NCBI GenBank assembly: GCA_963827475.1
Contig: CAWHAZ010000007.1
Coordinates: 95,776 to 159,775 of the forward strand
Direction: 5' to 3'
DNA length: 64,000 nucleotides
Origin: an uncultured Chloroflexia bacterium
GTDB taxonomy: Bacteria > Chloroflexota > Limnocylindria > QHBO01
Shown here one piece after another: positions 42,316 to 52,627 of the stretch. The notes under the pieces were generated by a model. It ran no database searches, was not told the DNA's origin, and was given only the letters and a program-made list of their open reading frames with translations. The position numbers and the translations under genes are program-made. Numbering within the stretch: position 1 is the stretch's first letter; each line of letters begins with the position of its first letter.

Positions 42316-43260
42316 ATGGAGCCGCTCCGCATCGGCCTGGTCGGCTGGGGGACGGTGGGCTCTGCCCTCGGACAGCTGGTGGACCGCGGCCCGCTGCCCG
42401 TCCGCCTGGCCTGGGTGGCGGTCCGCGAGCCGCGTCGCGAGCGCGGCGTGCCGCTCCCCGAGGGGGTGCCGGTGGCCGGCGAACCGGGGCCGCTGGACGA
42501 GATCGACGCCCTGGTCGAGCTGGCCGGCAGCGTCACCGAGCCCCGTCGCTGGGCCACCGAGACGCTCTCCCGCGGCCTGGCCTACGTCACGGCCAACAAG
42601 GCGCTCCTCGCCGAGCACGGCGGGGAGCTGGCGGAGCTCGCCACGCTCCACGACGGCGCGCTCCTGGCGTCGGCCTCGGTCGGGGGCGGGACGCCGATGC
42701 TGGAGGTCACCGAGCACCTGGCCGCGTCCGGGCGGGTGTCCCGTCTGCGCGGCCTCCTGAACGCGACGACGACCTTCGTTCTCGCTTCCATGGCCGAGGG
42801 TCGGTCCTACCGCGAGGCGCTGGCCGAGGCCCAGGCTGCCGGCTACGCGGAGGCCGATGCCTCGCTGGACGTCGACGGCCGTGACGCCGCCCAGAAGCTG
42901 GCCATCCTGGCCTGGGCCGCCTGGGGACGATGGCGTCCCGAAACTGACGTGGCGCGGCAGGGGATCGTGGACGTGGTCGTCCCTCCCGGCGAGGCGGTTC
43001 GGCTCGTCGCCGAGGCAACCCCGGACCGGCTGTCGGTCGGACCGATCAGCCTCGACCCCGACGACATCCTGGCCGGGGCATCGGGCGTGGAATGCGTGCT
43101 CCAGATCGAGAGCGAGGGCGCGGGGACGGTCGTGGTCCGCGGGCCCGGAGCCGGTGGCCCGGTGACGGCCGGCGCGGTCTACGCCGATCTCGCCCGGCTG
43201 GCGCGCGGGGAGCGCCCGGTCATCGGTCAACCTCCGGTGGGGAGGCCGGTCCATGCCTGA
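42316..43260 (+). CDS. hom: Homoserine dehydrogenase (no ACT domain)
   Basis: GLVGWGTVG, VTANKALLA, SVGGGTP, GYAEAD..LDVDG.DAAQKLAIL, GPGAGG.VTA. Confidence 0.9.
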   Translation: MEPLRIGLVGWGTVGSALGQLVDRGPLPVRLAWVAVREPRRERGVPLPEGVPVAGEPGPLDEIDALVELAGSVTEPRRWATETLSRGLAYVTANKALLAEHGGELAELATLHDGALLASASVGGGTPMLEVTEHLAASGRVSRLRGLLNATTTFVLASMAEGRSYREALAEAQAAGYAEADASLDVDGRDAAQKLAILAWAAWGRWRPETDVARQGIVDVVVPPGEAVRLVAEATPDRLSVGPISLDPDDILAGASGVECVLQIESEGAGTVVVRGPGAGGPVTAGAVYADLARLARGERPVIGQPPVGRPVHA

Positions 43261-44296
43261 ATGGCCGCTGGTCGGCGTGGCCGGCGCCCGCGGGATGGTG
43301 GGCGGCGTCTTCCTTTCGATCCTGGCCGATGCCGGCCTGCCGGCCGGGCGCCTGCGCGCCTTCGGGACCGATGTCGGGGCACTGGCCTACGACGGCAGCG
43401 AGGTCCCGGTCCGGGTGCTGGACGCCGGAGCGGCGGACGAGCTCGACGTCCTGTTCCTGGCCACCGATGGCGATGCCTCGCGCTCGCTGGTGGAGGGTCC
43501 GGCCCGATCCGTCCCGCTGATCGTGGACAACTCGAGCGCCTACCGCCTCGACCCGACGGTGCCGCTGGTCGTGCCGGAGGCCAACGCCGCGGCCCTGGTC
43601 GGGTACGACGGTCGGCTGGTGGCCAACCCGAACTGCACGACCGCGGCGGCGGTGGTGGCGCTGGCCCCGATCCGGGACCTCGCCGGGCTGGAATCGGTCG
43701 ATATCGCGTCCTACCAGGCGGTAAGCGGGGCCGGCCGAGCCGGAGTGGACGCCTTCGTGTCGGAGCGGGCCACCGACGGGCGCACCGATGGCGGTCGCGA
43801 GCCGGCGGCAGACTCGCCGTTCCACGGCCGCATCGCCGACTCGGTGGTGCCCCAGATCGACCGCCTCTTCGATGACGGGTGGAGCGGCGAGGAGCGGAAG
43901 ATCCGGGCCGAGCTGCGCAAGATCCTCGACATGCCGGACCTCGACGTGGCGGCCACCACCGTCCGGGTCCCGGTCCACACCGGCCACTCGGTGGCGCTCC
44001 ACGTCCGCACCGTCCGCCCGACGACGGTCGCCGCCCTGGAGGAGGCACTGCGCCAGGCGCCGGGTGTCGAGTACCGGGCCGCGGACGGGTCGGAACGGCA
44101 CCCGATGCCGCTCGACGTCGAGGGCCGCGACCCGGTCCTCGTCGGGCGGTTGCGCGCGATCCCGGAGCGGGAGCGGGGCTTCGCCCTGTTCGCCGCGAGC
44201 GACAACCTGCGCAAGGGCGCGGCCCTCAACGCCATCCAGGTGGCCGCTGCCTTCGACCCCGCACGGTTCGCCTGCCTCCTGCCGCCACCCAGATGA
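43253..44296 (+). CDS. asd: Aspartate-semialdehyde dehydrogenase
   Basis: VDNSSAYR, ANPNCTT, YQAVSGAG, VRVPVHTGHS, DNLRKGAALNAIQ. Confidence 0.93.
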   Translation: MPEWPLVGVAGARGMVGGVFLSILADAGLPAGRLRAFGTDVGALAYDGSEVPVRVLDAGAADELDVLFLATDGDASRSLVEGPARSVPLIVDNSSAYRLDPTVPLVVPEANAAALVGYDGRLVANPNCTTAAAVVALAPIRDLAGLESVDIASYQAVSGAGRAGVDAFVSERATDGRTDGGREPAADSPFHGRIADSVVPQIDRLFDDGWSGEERKIRAELRKILDMPDLDVAATTVRVPVHTGHSVALHVRTVRPTTVAALEEALRQAPGVEYRAADGSERHPMPLDVEGRDPVLVGRLRAIPERERGFALFAASDNLRKGAALNAIQVAAAFDPARFACLLPPPR

Positions 44297-45115
44297 CCCA
44301 GATGACCCGGCGGCAGTGGCTGCTGGTCACGCTCGGCGCCGTGGTCGTGGTCGCCGGCGGCATGGCCATCGGCTTCGCGCTCGGATCGCGCCCCTCACCT
44401 TCCGCCAGCCCGACCCCGTCCGGGTCGGTCGCCACCGAGTGCGCGGTGAGCGCGACCCCGGACACGATCCTGGTCGACCCGGACACCGGCGACTCCGACG
44501 ACGTGGTGTTCGTGGCCGGCACCGGCTTCCCGGTCGAGTCCGCGGTCTCGATCTACCTGCCCGAGACGGTCGTTGACGTGGTCACCACCGCCGCCGGCGG
44601 GTTCACGGTCGAGATCGCCGCCGCCGCGGGGGTCACCCATCCCCAGCCACCGAACGTCGAGGCCGGGCTCGCGGTGTGGAACATCACCGGCTGGGACTCG
44701 CCCGAGCCGCCGGGCGATTTCGCGAAGCGTGCCGCCGCGCGCGTGCCAGACCCAGGTCTCGGTGACCCTCGAGCTCACCCATGAGCCGAGCCCCACCCCA
44801 CCGAGCGACCTCTCCGCCGGCGGGTACGCGGAGATCCTGGCCGACGGGGTCCGGGTCCGCGTCGCGCCCTCGCTGAACTCGACGGTCGTCGGCGCGTTGT
44901 TCACCGGCGACGTCGTGCGGATCCTGGCTCCCGCCCAGGTGGCCGAGGGGCTGACCTGGTACCGGGTGGAATCGGTCGTCATCCAGAGCGGGGAGCAGGT
45001 CCGCGGCTACATCGCCGCCGGCTCCGACGGCGAGGTGTTCCTGCGGCCAACCGTCGAGCCCCCGCCCACCCCCACGCCCGGACCCTCGCCGTCCCCCTCA
45101 CCCGCCCCGGGCTAG
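44293..45115 (+). CDS. Membrane-anchored SH3b-like domain protein (frameshift ~44730)
   Basis: N-terminal TM helix; GVRVRVAPSLNS..., WYRV, GYIAA. Confidence 0.6.
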
Positions 45116-46694
45116 GGCTGGGAGACCGGCGTCCGCGGGTACTCGACGAAGTCGAACATGTGGTCCGTGTCCGGCGAGAGGAGGGTCACGTCGGGCAGCA
45201 GCGGGAGATCGGCCGCGAAGTAGGCATTGAACAGGATGCGGAAGGCGTTGACCGGGCTGATCCGGTCGTAGAAGCCCTGCTCCTCCGCGTCCACGCCCGG
45301 CAGCCGGTACGCGGTCAGGACCGCGAATTTCCAGTGGATCTCGTCGTCGGTGGCTTCGAGCCACTGGAAGTTCTCCGAGTCGGGTTGCGCGAACCGGGGC
45401 GGGAATGGGCCTTCATCCGACTGCAGGATGATGATCGGATCCGGCTCGCCGGGCTCGACGTCGATGATCTCGTCGATGACCTCCAGCGCTCGTCCGGTTC
45501 GTGTACTCCAGCTGGGCGATGTAGCGCTCGTTGTCGGTCCGTGCCGAGCGCTGCTCCTCGGTCGGCATGGACCCGTCGGGGTTGAACGCGTAGGGCGGGT
45601 GGGGGACGGTCATGTGGGCCACGGTGAACGTCGGTCCGGGCCGATGGGTGGCCTCCTTGATCGACTCGAAGCCGAGGAGCACGTGCCGCCGCTGCAGCTC
45701 GGCGCCGTGGACCTCCTCCTCCGCTTCACCGCTGCGCTCTGGCCCGAAGACGCTCAGCAGGGTCGTGTCGAACAGAACCGTGCTGAACTCGCTCTCCTGG
45801 GTGTAGCGATAGATGACGTCGGCGTCGGCGTTGCGCGAGGTCGGTTCCCACCAGTTCGCGATGTGGACGTACTCGTACCCGAGCTGCTTGAAGGTCGCCG
45901 GCACCGCCATCCGGTTCTGGAATGCCGCGTGGATGGGCCCGAACGTGTCGGGGTCGCTGCCGTTGAAGCGTTCGGGGTCGATGTGGTCCATGGTGAGCGT
46001 GCTGAACATGGAAAGCGCGGTCTTGAAGTAGTTGGCCCACGAGTCGTGGGCGACCGCGAAGCCCCGCTCCTCCAGGGCCTCGAGGAACGGCGTGTTGTCG
46101 TAGTCGAAGTAGTCGCGAAGGGTGCTCTCGCCCGCGTATCGATCGAAGACGATGTAGTACACGTCGGGACGACCGGCCGCACCAACCTCGACGTCGGGGA
46201 TCTCGCCGCTGGAGGTGGCGAACACCCGGGTGGCCGCCACGTAGCCACCGATGGTCACCACGTTGAACAGAACCAGGGCCGTGATGGCGATGTTCAGGAC
46301 CAGGGTGACGCGCCGCACCCACGGCGCCGCCACGCCACGCCAGCAGGGCGAGCCCGATGCCCACCACCAGCCAGACGGCCGCCAGCAGCCAGGGCTGTTC
46401 CAGCGTTCCGGCGGCCAGGTTCCACACGTGCCCGAAGGAGAAGACCACCGCGAGCACGACGCTGGCCATCAGCCCGGCGCGCGCCCAGTCGCGGCGCAGG
46501 AGGTAGAACAGGAGCAGCAGGCCGGACGCGGCTGCCACGCAGACGAGCAGCGGCATCCACATCGGCTGGAGGGTGACCTGGTCGGCCAGGTTCTGGGCGA
46601 ACAGGAACAGGACGGGATAGGCGCCGAGCAGCACCGTATGCCAGGGCCAGTACCACCAGCGTGTTGCGCCGGCGGCGGGCTGCCGGGTTAACAT
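45112..46694 (-). CDS. Membrane protein with alkaline-phosphatase-superfamily (LtaS/EptA/sulfatase-like) extracytoplasmic domain (frameshifted)
   Basis: ~5 N-terminal TM helices; PDVYYIVFDRY, ANYFKTALS, HMTVPHPPY, IILQSDEG, ISPVNAFR. Confidence 0.78.
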
Positions 46695-46730
46695 CGGTCC
46701 AACAGTACCCGTAGCGGGGAACCGCAACCG

Positions 46731-46937
46731 TTGAAGCCACCTATCGCGTACATCGACCCGGGATCAGCCAGCCTGCTGCTGCAGGCGCTGCTCGCCGCGC
46801 TGCTGTCGATCCCGTTCATCTTCCGTCGCACAATCGGCGGATTCTGGCATCGACTGCGCGGAGACGCACAGACCGACGATCCGGCTACCTCGGAGGTCAG
46901 CTCCTCCGACGGTCCGAACTCCTCCAGCTCCCGATGA
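46731..46937 (+). CDS. Small single-pass 'AYIDPG' membrane protein
   Basis: AYIDPGSASLLLQALLAALLSIPFIFRR; 3 nt before the next ATG. Confidence 0.7.
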   Translation: MKPPIAYIDPGSASLLLQALLAALLSIPFIFRRTIGGFWHRLRGDAQTDDPATSEVSSSDGPNSSSSR

Positions 46938-46940
46938 CCG

Positions 46941-48402
46941 ATGGCGCCTGCGGGCGCCCCGGTTGACCCCGCCTTGACAGCCGCGGCGCACACCGCGGGA
47001 GTGGTCGATCCCGCGTCATTCCGCGACCCGGCCGGTTACGTCTTCCGCCTCGACGGCGTCCTCTACCGGGCGATCCAGCCGATGGCCGCCGCCGACTGGG
47101 CGGCCTTCGTGGACGGCGGGCTGGCGGCCGACCTCATCCAGCGCGGACTCATGGTCGAGCACGAGCCGGCACCGGTCGAGCTCGCGCCGAGGCCGGGCGC
47201 CGCGGTGGTCATCCGCCCCCGCGAGCTGACGGTGATCTCCTATCCATACGAGTGGGCCTTCTCGCAGCTCCGCGAGGCCGCCCTGCTGACCCTCGAGGTC
47301 CAGAGCCGGGCGCTGAAGTCGGGGATGTGGCTCCGCGACGCATCGGCCTACAACGTCCAGTTCGACCGCGGTCGCCCGATCCTGATCGACAGCCTGTCCT
47401 TCGAGCCGGCGGACCTGACCGCCCCGTGGCCCGCCTACCGCCAGTTCTGCAAGCACTTCCTCGCGCCGCTGGCCCTGATGGCGCACCGCGACGTGCGCTC
47501 CGGGCTCATGCTCCGCGACTTCATCGACGGCCTGCCGCTCGACCTCGCCGCCGGCCTGCTGCCGGGACGGACCCGCCTCGGCGGCCTGCTGCCCCACCTC
47601 CATCTCCATGCCGCCGCCGACCGGCGGACCCAGCAGGCGCAGATCTCCGGCGCCGCGGACGCGGACCCGCAGGCCAAGCCGGCCCGCGCCCGAACGATGA
47701 ACATGACCCGCCACGAGGCCCTCCTCGACAGCCTGCGGCGCGCGGTCGAGGGGCTCCATCTCGAGCTCGGCAGCCACTGGTTGTCCTACGGCCACCAGAC
47801 GAGCTACAGCCCGGCCGGGATGGCCTCCAAGCGGGAGATCGTCGAGCGCATGCTCGGCGTCGCCGGGGGAACCGTGATCTGGGACCTGGGCGCGAACGTG
47901 GGGACCTACTCCGACCTGGCCGCCGGTCCGGGGCGGCAGGTCATCGCCTTCGACCAGGACGCGGCGGTCGTCGAGCTCCTGTGGCGGAACCTCTCCGCGG
48001 ACCAGCGGGTCGGGATCCTGCCGCTGGTCATGGACCTCGCCAATCCCAGCCCGGCCCTGGGCTGGGCACATGCCGAACGCATGTCACTGCTCCAGCGCGG
48101 GCCGGCCGACGTGGTCATGGCCCTCGCCCTCGTCCATCACCTGGCCATCGGCAACAACGTGCCCCTGCCCCGGGTGGCGGAGCTGCTGGCGGCGGCCGGC
48201 CGCCGGGTGGTGGTCGAGTTCGTCCCGAAGGAAGACCCCATGACCCAGCAGCTGCTGGCTGCCCGGCGCGACATCTTCGCGGACTACACCCTCGACGGCG
48301 TTCCGCGCCGCGCTGGCGGAGCACTTCGTGGTCATGGACGAGACACCGGTGGCCGACAGCCTCCGCACCCTGTTCCTCCTCGAGCGCCGCCCCGCCGCCT
48401 AG
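46941..48402 (+). CDS. NoeA-like protein: kinase-like N-domain plus class I SAM methyltransferase (frameshift ~48300)
   Basis: SFRDPAG, SYPYEW, LRDASAYNVQF, LIDSLSF; WDLGANVG, LALVHHLAIGNNVPL, EFVPKEDPM. Confidence 0.8.
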
Positions 48403-48438
48403 GCCGACCCGGCCGCGCCGGGACCTGACCAGCCTCCG

Positions 48439-49590
48439 TCAGCCGGCGGCCGCCTCCGCGGCGCGCAGGACCCGGCGGATGTTGCCGTTCGCCAGCTTCG
48501 CCAGGTTGTCCTCGCTCCATCCCCGCCGCAGCAGCTCCGCGAACAGGTTCGGGTAGCAGCTCACGTCCTCGAGGTCGACCGGCCAGAAGGTGTTGCCGTC
48601 GTAGTCGCCCCCGATCCCGACGTGGTCGACCCCGGCCACCGCCACCACGTGCTCGATGTGGTCGGCCACCGCCTCCAGCGGCGGGCTGGGCACGACGAGC
48701 GAGTCGATGAGCTCGCGGGAGAGCTCCTCCCGGGCCGCCACGTCCTTGATGCCGGCCGCCCGGCGGTTGAACTCGAGCATGGCCGGCATGAGGACCGCCG
48801 CCGCCTCGGGCCCGATGAAGCCGGCCACGAAGGTGACCATCACCACCCCGCCGTTGGCGGGCATGCGGCGCAGGATCTCGTCGGGCACGTTGCGGGCGAC
48901 GTCGCACAACGCCCGCGCCGACGAGTGGCTGAAGATGACCGGCGCGCGGCTGGCGTCGAGGGCGTCGGACATCGTCGCCACCGAAACGTGCGACAGGTCG
49001 ACCAGCATCCCCAGCCGGTTCATCTCGGCCACCACCTCCCGCCCGAACGCCGAGAGGCCGCCGTGCGTCGCCTCGCCGGTCGCCGAGTCGCCGATGTCAT
49101 TCGACGTGTTGTGGGTCAGGGTCAGGTAGCGCGCTCCCAGGTCCCAGTACGCCCGGAGCGCGCCGAGCGAGCCCTCCAGGACGTGGCCACCCTCCATCCC
49201 GAGCAGCGACGCCACCCGCCCGGCGGCCATCGCCCGGTCCACGTCATCCGCGCCCAGGCACAGCTCCAGCGCGTCGGGGTAGTGGGCGATCATCCGGCGG
49301 GCAAGGTCCAGCTGCTCGAGCTGGAGCACCGCGCGGCCGGCACCACCCTCGCCCGGGACGTAGACGCTCCAGAACTGGCCCCCGACCCCGCCCGCGCGGA
49401 GCCGAGGGATGTCGGTGTCACCCGGCTCCGGGGCGCGCGTCCGCAGGTCGTAGGCGTCCAGGTCGCCAGGGGCGGCGGGGTACTTGCGGATCTCCCACGG
49501 CAGGTCGTTGTGGCCGTCGATGACCGGGTGGCGGGCGAGGAGCTCGCGCGCGGCGGGCAGGTGAGCGCGCCACTCCGAGTCGTCGGCCAT
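48439..49590 (-). CDS. Membrane dipeptidase family M19
   Basis: DGHNDLPW, GMEGGH, LTLTHN, DLSHVS, FSHSSA, GIGGDYDG. Confidence 0.93.
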   Translation of the reverse strand: MADDSEWRAHLPAARELLARHPVIDGHNDLPWEIRKYPAAPGDLDAYDLRTRAPEPGDTDIPRLRAGGVGGQFWSVYVPGEGGAGRAVLQLEQLDLARRMIAHYPDALELCLGADDVDRAMAAGRVASLLGMEGGHVLEGSLGALRAYWDLGARYLTLTHNTSNDIGDSATGEATHGGLSAFGREVVAEMNRLGMLVDLSHVSVATMSDALDASRAPVIFSHSSARALCDVARNVPDEILRRMPANGGVVMVTFVAGFIGPEAAAVLMPAMLEFNRRAAGIKDVAAREELSRELIDSLVVPSPPLEAVADHIEHVVAVAGVDHVGIGGDYDGNTFWPVDLEDVSCYPNLFAELLRRGWSEDNLAKLANGNIRRVLRAAEAAAG

Positions 49591-49645
49591 GCGCCGAGCA
49601 TAGCCCGGCTACCATGGGGCCTCCCGCCCCGCACGCGAGGTAGCG

Positions 49646-51340
49646 ATGGACTTCCGCGCCCTGGTCGATGAGCTGCTGGCTCAGTACTTCGGCCTCGATC
49701 CGGTGCATGCCACCGAGATCGGCAACCATGACCACGACGGTGAATGGCCCGACCTGACCGATGCCGGGCGTGCCGCCCGGCTCGCCTACGCCGAGGACGC
49801 CGTCCGCCGGCTGGGCGAGGTGGACGTCGGCGCCCTGTCGCGGGACGACGCGATCGACCACCGGATCCTGACCGACGCCATGGAGGCCATGCGCTTTGGC
49901 GAGGGCACGCTCGAGGAGGAGCGCTGGAACCCGCTGGTCTTCGTCTACGTGCTGGGCAATGGCCTGTTCACGCTGGTCGCTCGTCCCTTCGCGCCGCTCC
50001 CGGATCGGCTGCGCAGCGGCGCCGCCCGCCTGCGCGGCCTGCCCGCGGTCCTGGACGCCGCCCGCGCCACGCTGAGTGACCCGGGGGAGCGGCCGGTCTC
50101 CCAGTTCCACGCCGAAAAGGCCGTCGAACGGCTGCCCGGCGTCCCCGGCCTGGTCGACACCCTGCTGGCCGAGGTCGACAAGGTCGAGGATGCGGACGAG
50201 GCGGCCGCCATCCGCGCCGAGCTGGAGCCGGCTGCCGCCGAGGCGAAGGCCGCCCTCGAGGCCTTCGGGACGTGGCTCCGCGACGAGCTGGTGCCAACGG
50301 CCACCGGCGACTTCCGGCTCGGCCCCGCCCTGTACCGCTCGAAGTTCCGCCACGCCCTGCGGGTCGACATGGAGCCGACCGAGCTGCGGGCCCGGGCGCT
50401 GGGCGCGTTCGATGCGGTGCGGGCCGAGATGCATCGGCTCGCCACCGAGCTGTGGCCCGCCTGGAAGGGCAACGAGCCGATGCCGGACCACTCCGACGCC
50501 GTGACCCGCGCCGTTCTCGACGCCATCGCCGCCGATCATCCCGCGGCGGGCGAGCTGCTCGACTTCTGCCGGGAGGAGAACGAGCGGATCGAGACGTTCT
50601 GCCGCGACATCGGGCTCATCGGTCTGGCGGACGAGCCGATGGAGATCGTGTGGACCCCGGAGTTCCTCCGCTCGTTCGGTGGCGCCATGCTCATCGCGCC
50701 CGGCCCGCTCGACCGCGGCCTGTCCAGCTTCTTCGCGATCACCCCCATGCCGGACGACTGGACCGATGCGCAGCGGGAGTCGTACCTGCGCGAGGACAAC
50801 AACCGCATGCTCCGGCTGCTCACCATCCACGAGGCGGTGCCCGGCCACTACCTCCAGCTGGCGTATTCGAACCGCTGCCCGTCGCTCGTGCGCGCGATCT
50901 TCCAGTCCGGCGTCTTTGCCGAGGGCTGGGCGGTGTACGTGACCCAGGTGATGATGGACGTCGGCTACGGGGCCGAGGACCCGGCCCTCATGCTCGTCCA
51001 CTGGAAGTTCTACCTGCGCGCGATCACCAACACGATGATGGACATCGCCATCCACACCGGCGCCATGGAGCGCGAGGAGGCCATGAAGCTCATGGTGGAG
51101 CAGGGCTTCCAGGAGGAGTCCGAGGCCTCGGCCAAGTGGGATCGCGCGCGGCTGTCGAGCACCCAGCTGTGCGAGTACTTCCTCGGCTACACCGAGATGA
51201 CCGACCTCGAGCGAGAGGCGCGCCGGCGCGCGGGCGAGGCCGGAACCCCGTTCCGCTGGCGCCCGTTCCTCGAGTCGGTCCTCGCCCACGGCACGCCGCC
51301 AACGCCGGTGATTCGCGACATCCTGTACGGGAGTAGCTGA
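49646..51340 (+). CDS. DUF885 family protein (no signal peptide)
   Basis: HEAVPGHYLQ, FAEGWAVY, TQLCEYFLG, LAHGTPP. Confidence 0.88.
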   Translation: MDFRALVDELLAQYFGLDPVHATEIGNHDHDGEWPDLTDAGRAARLAYAEDAVRRLGEVDVGALSRDDAIDHRILTDAMEAMRFGEGTLEEERWNPLVFVYVLGNGLFTLVARPFAPLPDRLRSGAARLRGLPAVLDAARATLSDPGERPVSQFHAEKAVERLPGVPGLVDTLLAEVDKVEDADEAAAIRAELEPAAAEAKAALEAFGTWLRDELVPTATGDFRLGPALYRSKFRHALRVDMEPTELRARALGAFDAVRAEMHRLATELWPAWKGNEPMPDHSDAVTRAVLDAIAADHPAAGELLDFCREENERIETFCRDIGLIGLADEPMEIVWTPEFLRSFGGAMLIAPGPLDRGLSSFFAITPMPDDWTDAQRESYLREDNNRMLRLLTIHEAVPGHYLQLAYSNRCPSLVRAIFQSGVFAEGWAVYVTQVMMDVGYGAEDPALMLVHWKFYLRAITNTMMDIAIHTGAMEREEAMKLMVEQGFQEESEASAKWDRARLSSTQLCEYFLGYTEMTDLEREARRRAGEAGTPFRWRPFLESVLAHGTPPTPVIRDILYGSS

Positions 51341-51344
51341 GCGG

Positions 51345-52614
51345 ATGGGCCGAGGCTTCGGGGCCCTCCGCCACCGGAACTTCCGCCTCTACTGGTCCGG
51401 CCAGGTCGTCAGCCTGGTTGGGACCTGGATGCAGAGCGTCTCGCAGCCGTGGCTCGTCCTCGACCTCGGGGGCTCGGCATTCCAGGTCGGAACGGTCATC
51501 GCCCTCCAGTTCGCGCCCGCCCTCTTCCTGGCGCCGATCGGCGGCGTGCTGGCCGATCGGTTCGACAAACGGGCTCTGCTGCTGGTCACCCAGGCGCTGG
51601 CCATGATCCAGGCCGCGACACTGTTCGGGCTGACGTTCAGCGGCACGATCGAAATCTGGCAGATCCAGGTCCTGGCCCTGATCCTGGGCATCACCAGCGC
51701 GTTCGACATGCCCGTCCGCCAGTCATTCGTGGCGGAAGTCGTGCCGCGCGAGGACCTGCTGCAGGCCATCGCCCTGAACAGCGCCTCGTTCAACCTGGCC
51801 CGCGTCGTGGGCCCGGCCGTGGCTGGGGTCGCGCTGGCCCTGTTCGGCGCCGCGTTCAGCTTCGGGGTGAACACCCTGACCTACACCGCGGTCATCGGCT
51901 GCCTGCTGCTGATCGACACCTCCACCCTCCTTCGGCTGCCGGTGCCCACGGTGCCGCCGACGCATTCGCACCAGCCTGGCGGAGGGGTTCCGCTATGCCG
52001 CGAGGACGCCCACGGTCCTGTGGCTGCTCGTCCTGCTGGGCGGGATGAGCGTCTTCGCCATGAACTTCCAGACCCTGCTCCCGCTGTTCGCCCGGTTCAC
52101 GCTGGACATGGACGCGGGCGCGTTCGGGGCGCTGTTCGCGGTGATGGGCCTCGGCTCGCTGGCCGGCTCGCTGGTCCTGGCCTTCATGGGCGAGCGGCGG
52201 CCACGGCTCCGGCTGATCCTCGGCGGCGGAGCGGCGTTCCTCGTCTTCGAGCTGATGCTCGGCCTCGTCCGAGTCCCGGCCATCGCCTACGTCGTCGTCG
52301 GTCTCGTCGGACTGACCTCGATGCTCATGGTCAATACGATCAACGCCACCGTCCAGCGCTCCGTCCCCGACGCGCTCCGCGGGCGGGTGATGGCCCTGTA
52401 CGTGACGGTGTTCGCCGGCTCCGGGCCGCTGGGCGGCCTGTTCGCCGGTGCCGTGGCCCAGTTCCTTGGCCCGCCCGCCGGGTTCATCCTGGGGGCGCTG
52501 CTGGCGGCCGTCTTCCTGGCTCTCACCGCGTGGAAGCTCACTCGCGGGGGGCCGATGATGGTGACCCGGTCGCTTCCCGCCGACGCAGCCACCGCCCCGC
52601 CCCAGCGTCCGTGA
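51345..52614 (+). CDS. MFS transporter (MFS_3/H+ antiporter-like; frameshift ~51960)
   Basis: LRHRNFRLYWSGQ, GGVLADRFDKR, NLARVVGPA, LRGRVMALY. Confidence 0.87.
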
Positions 52615-52627
52615 CCGCAGCCCCCCG

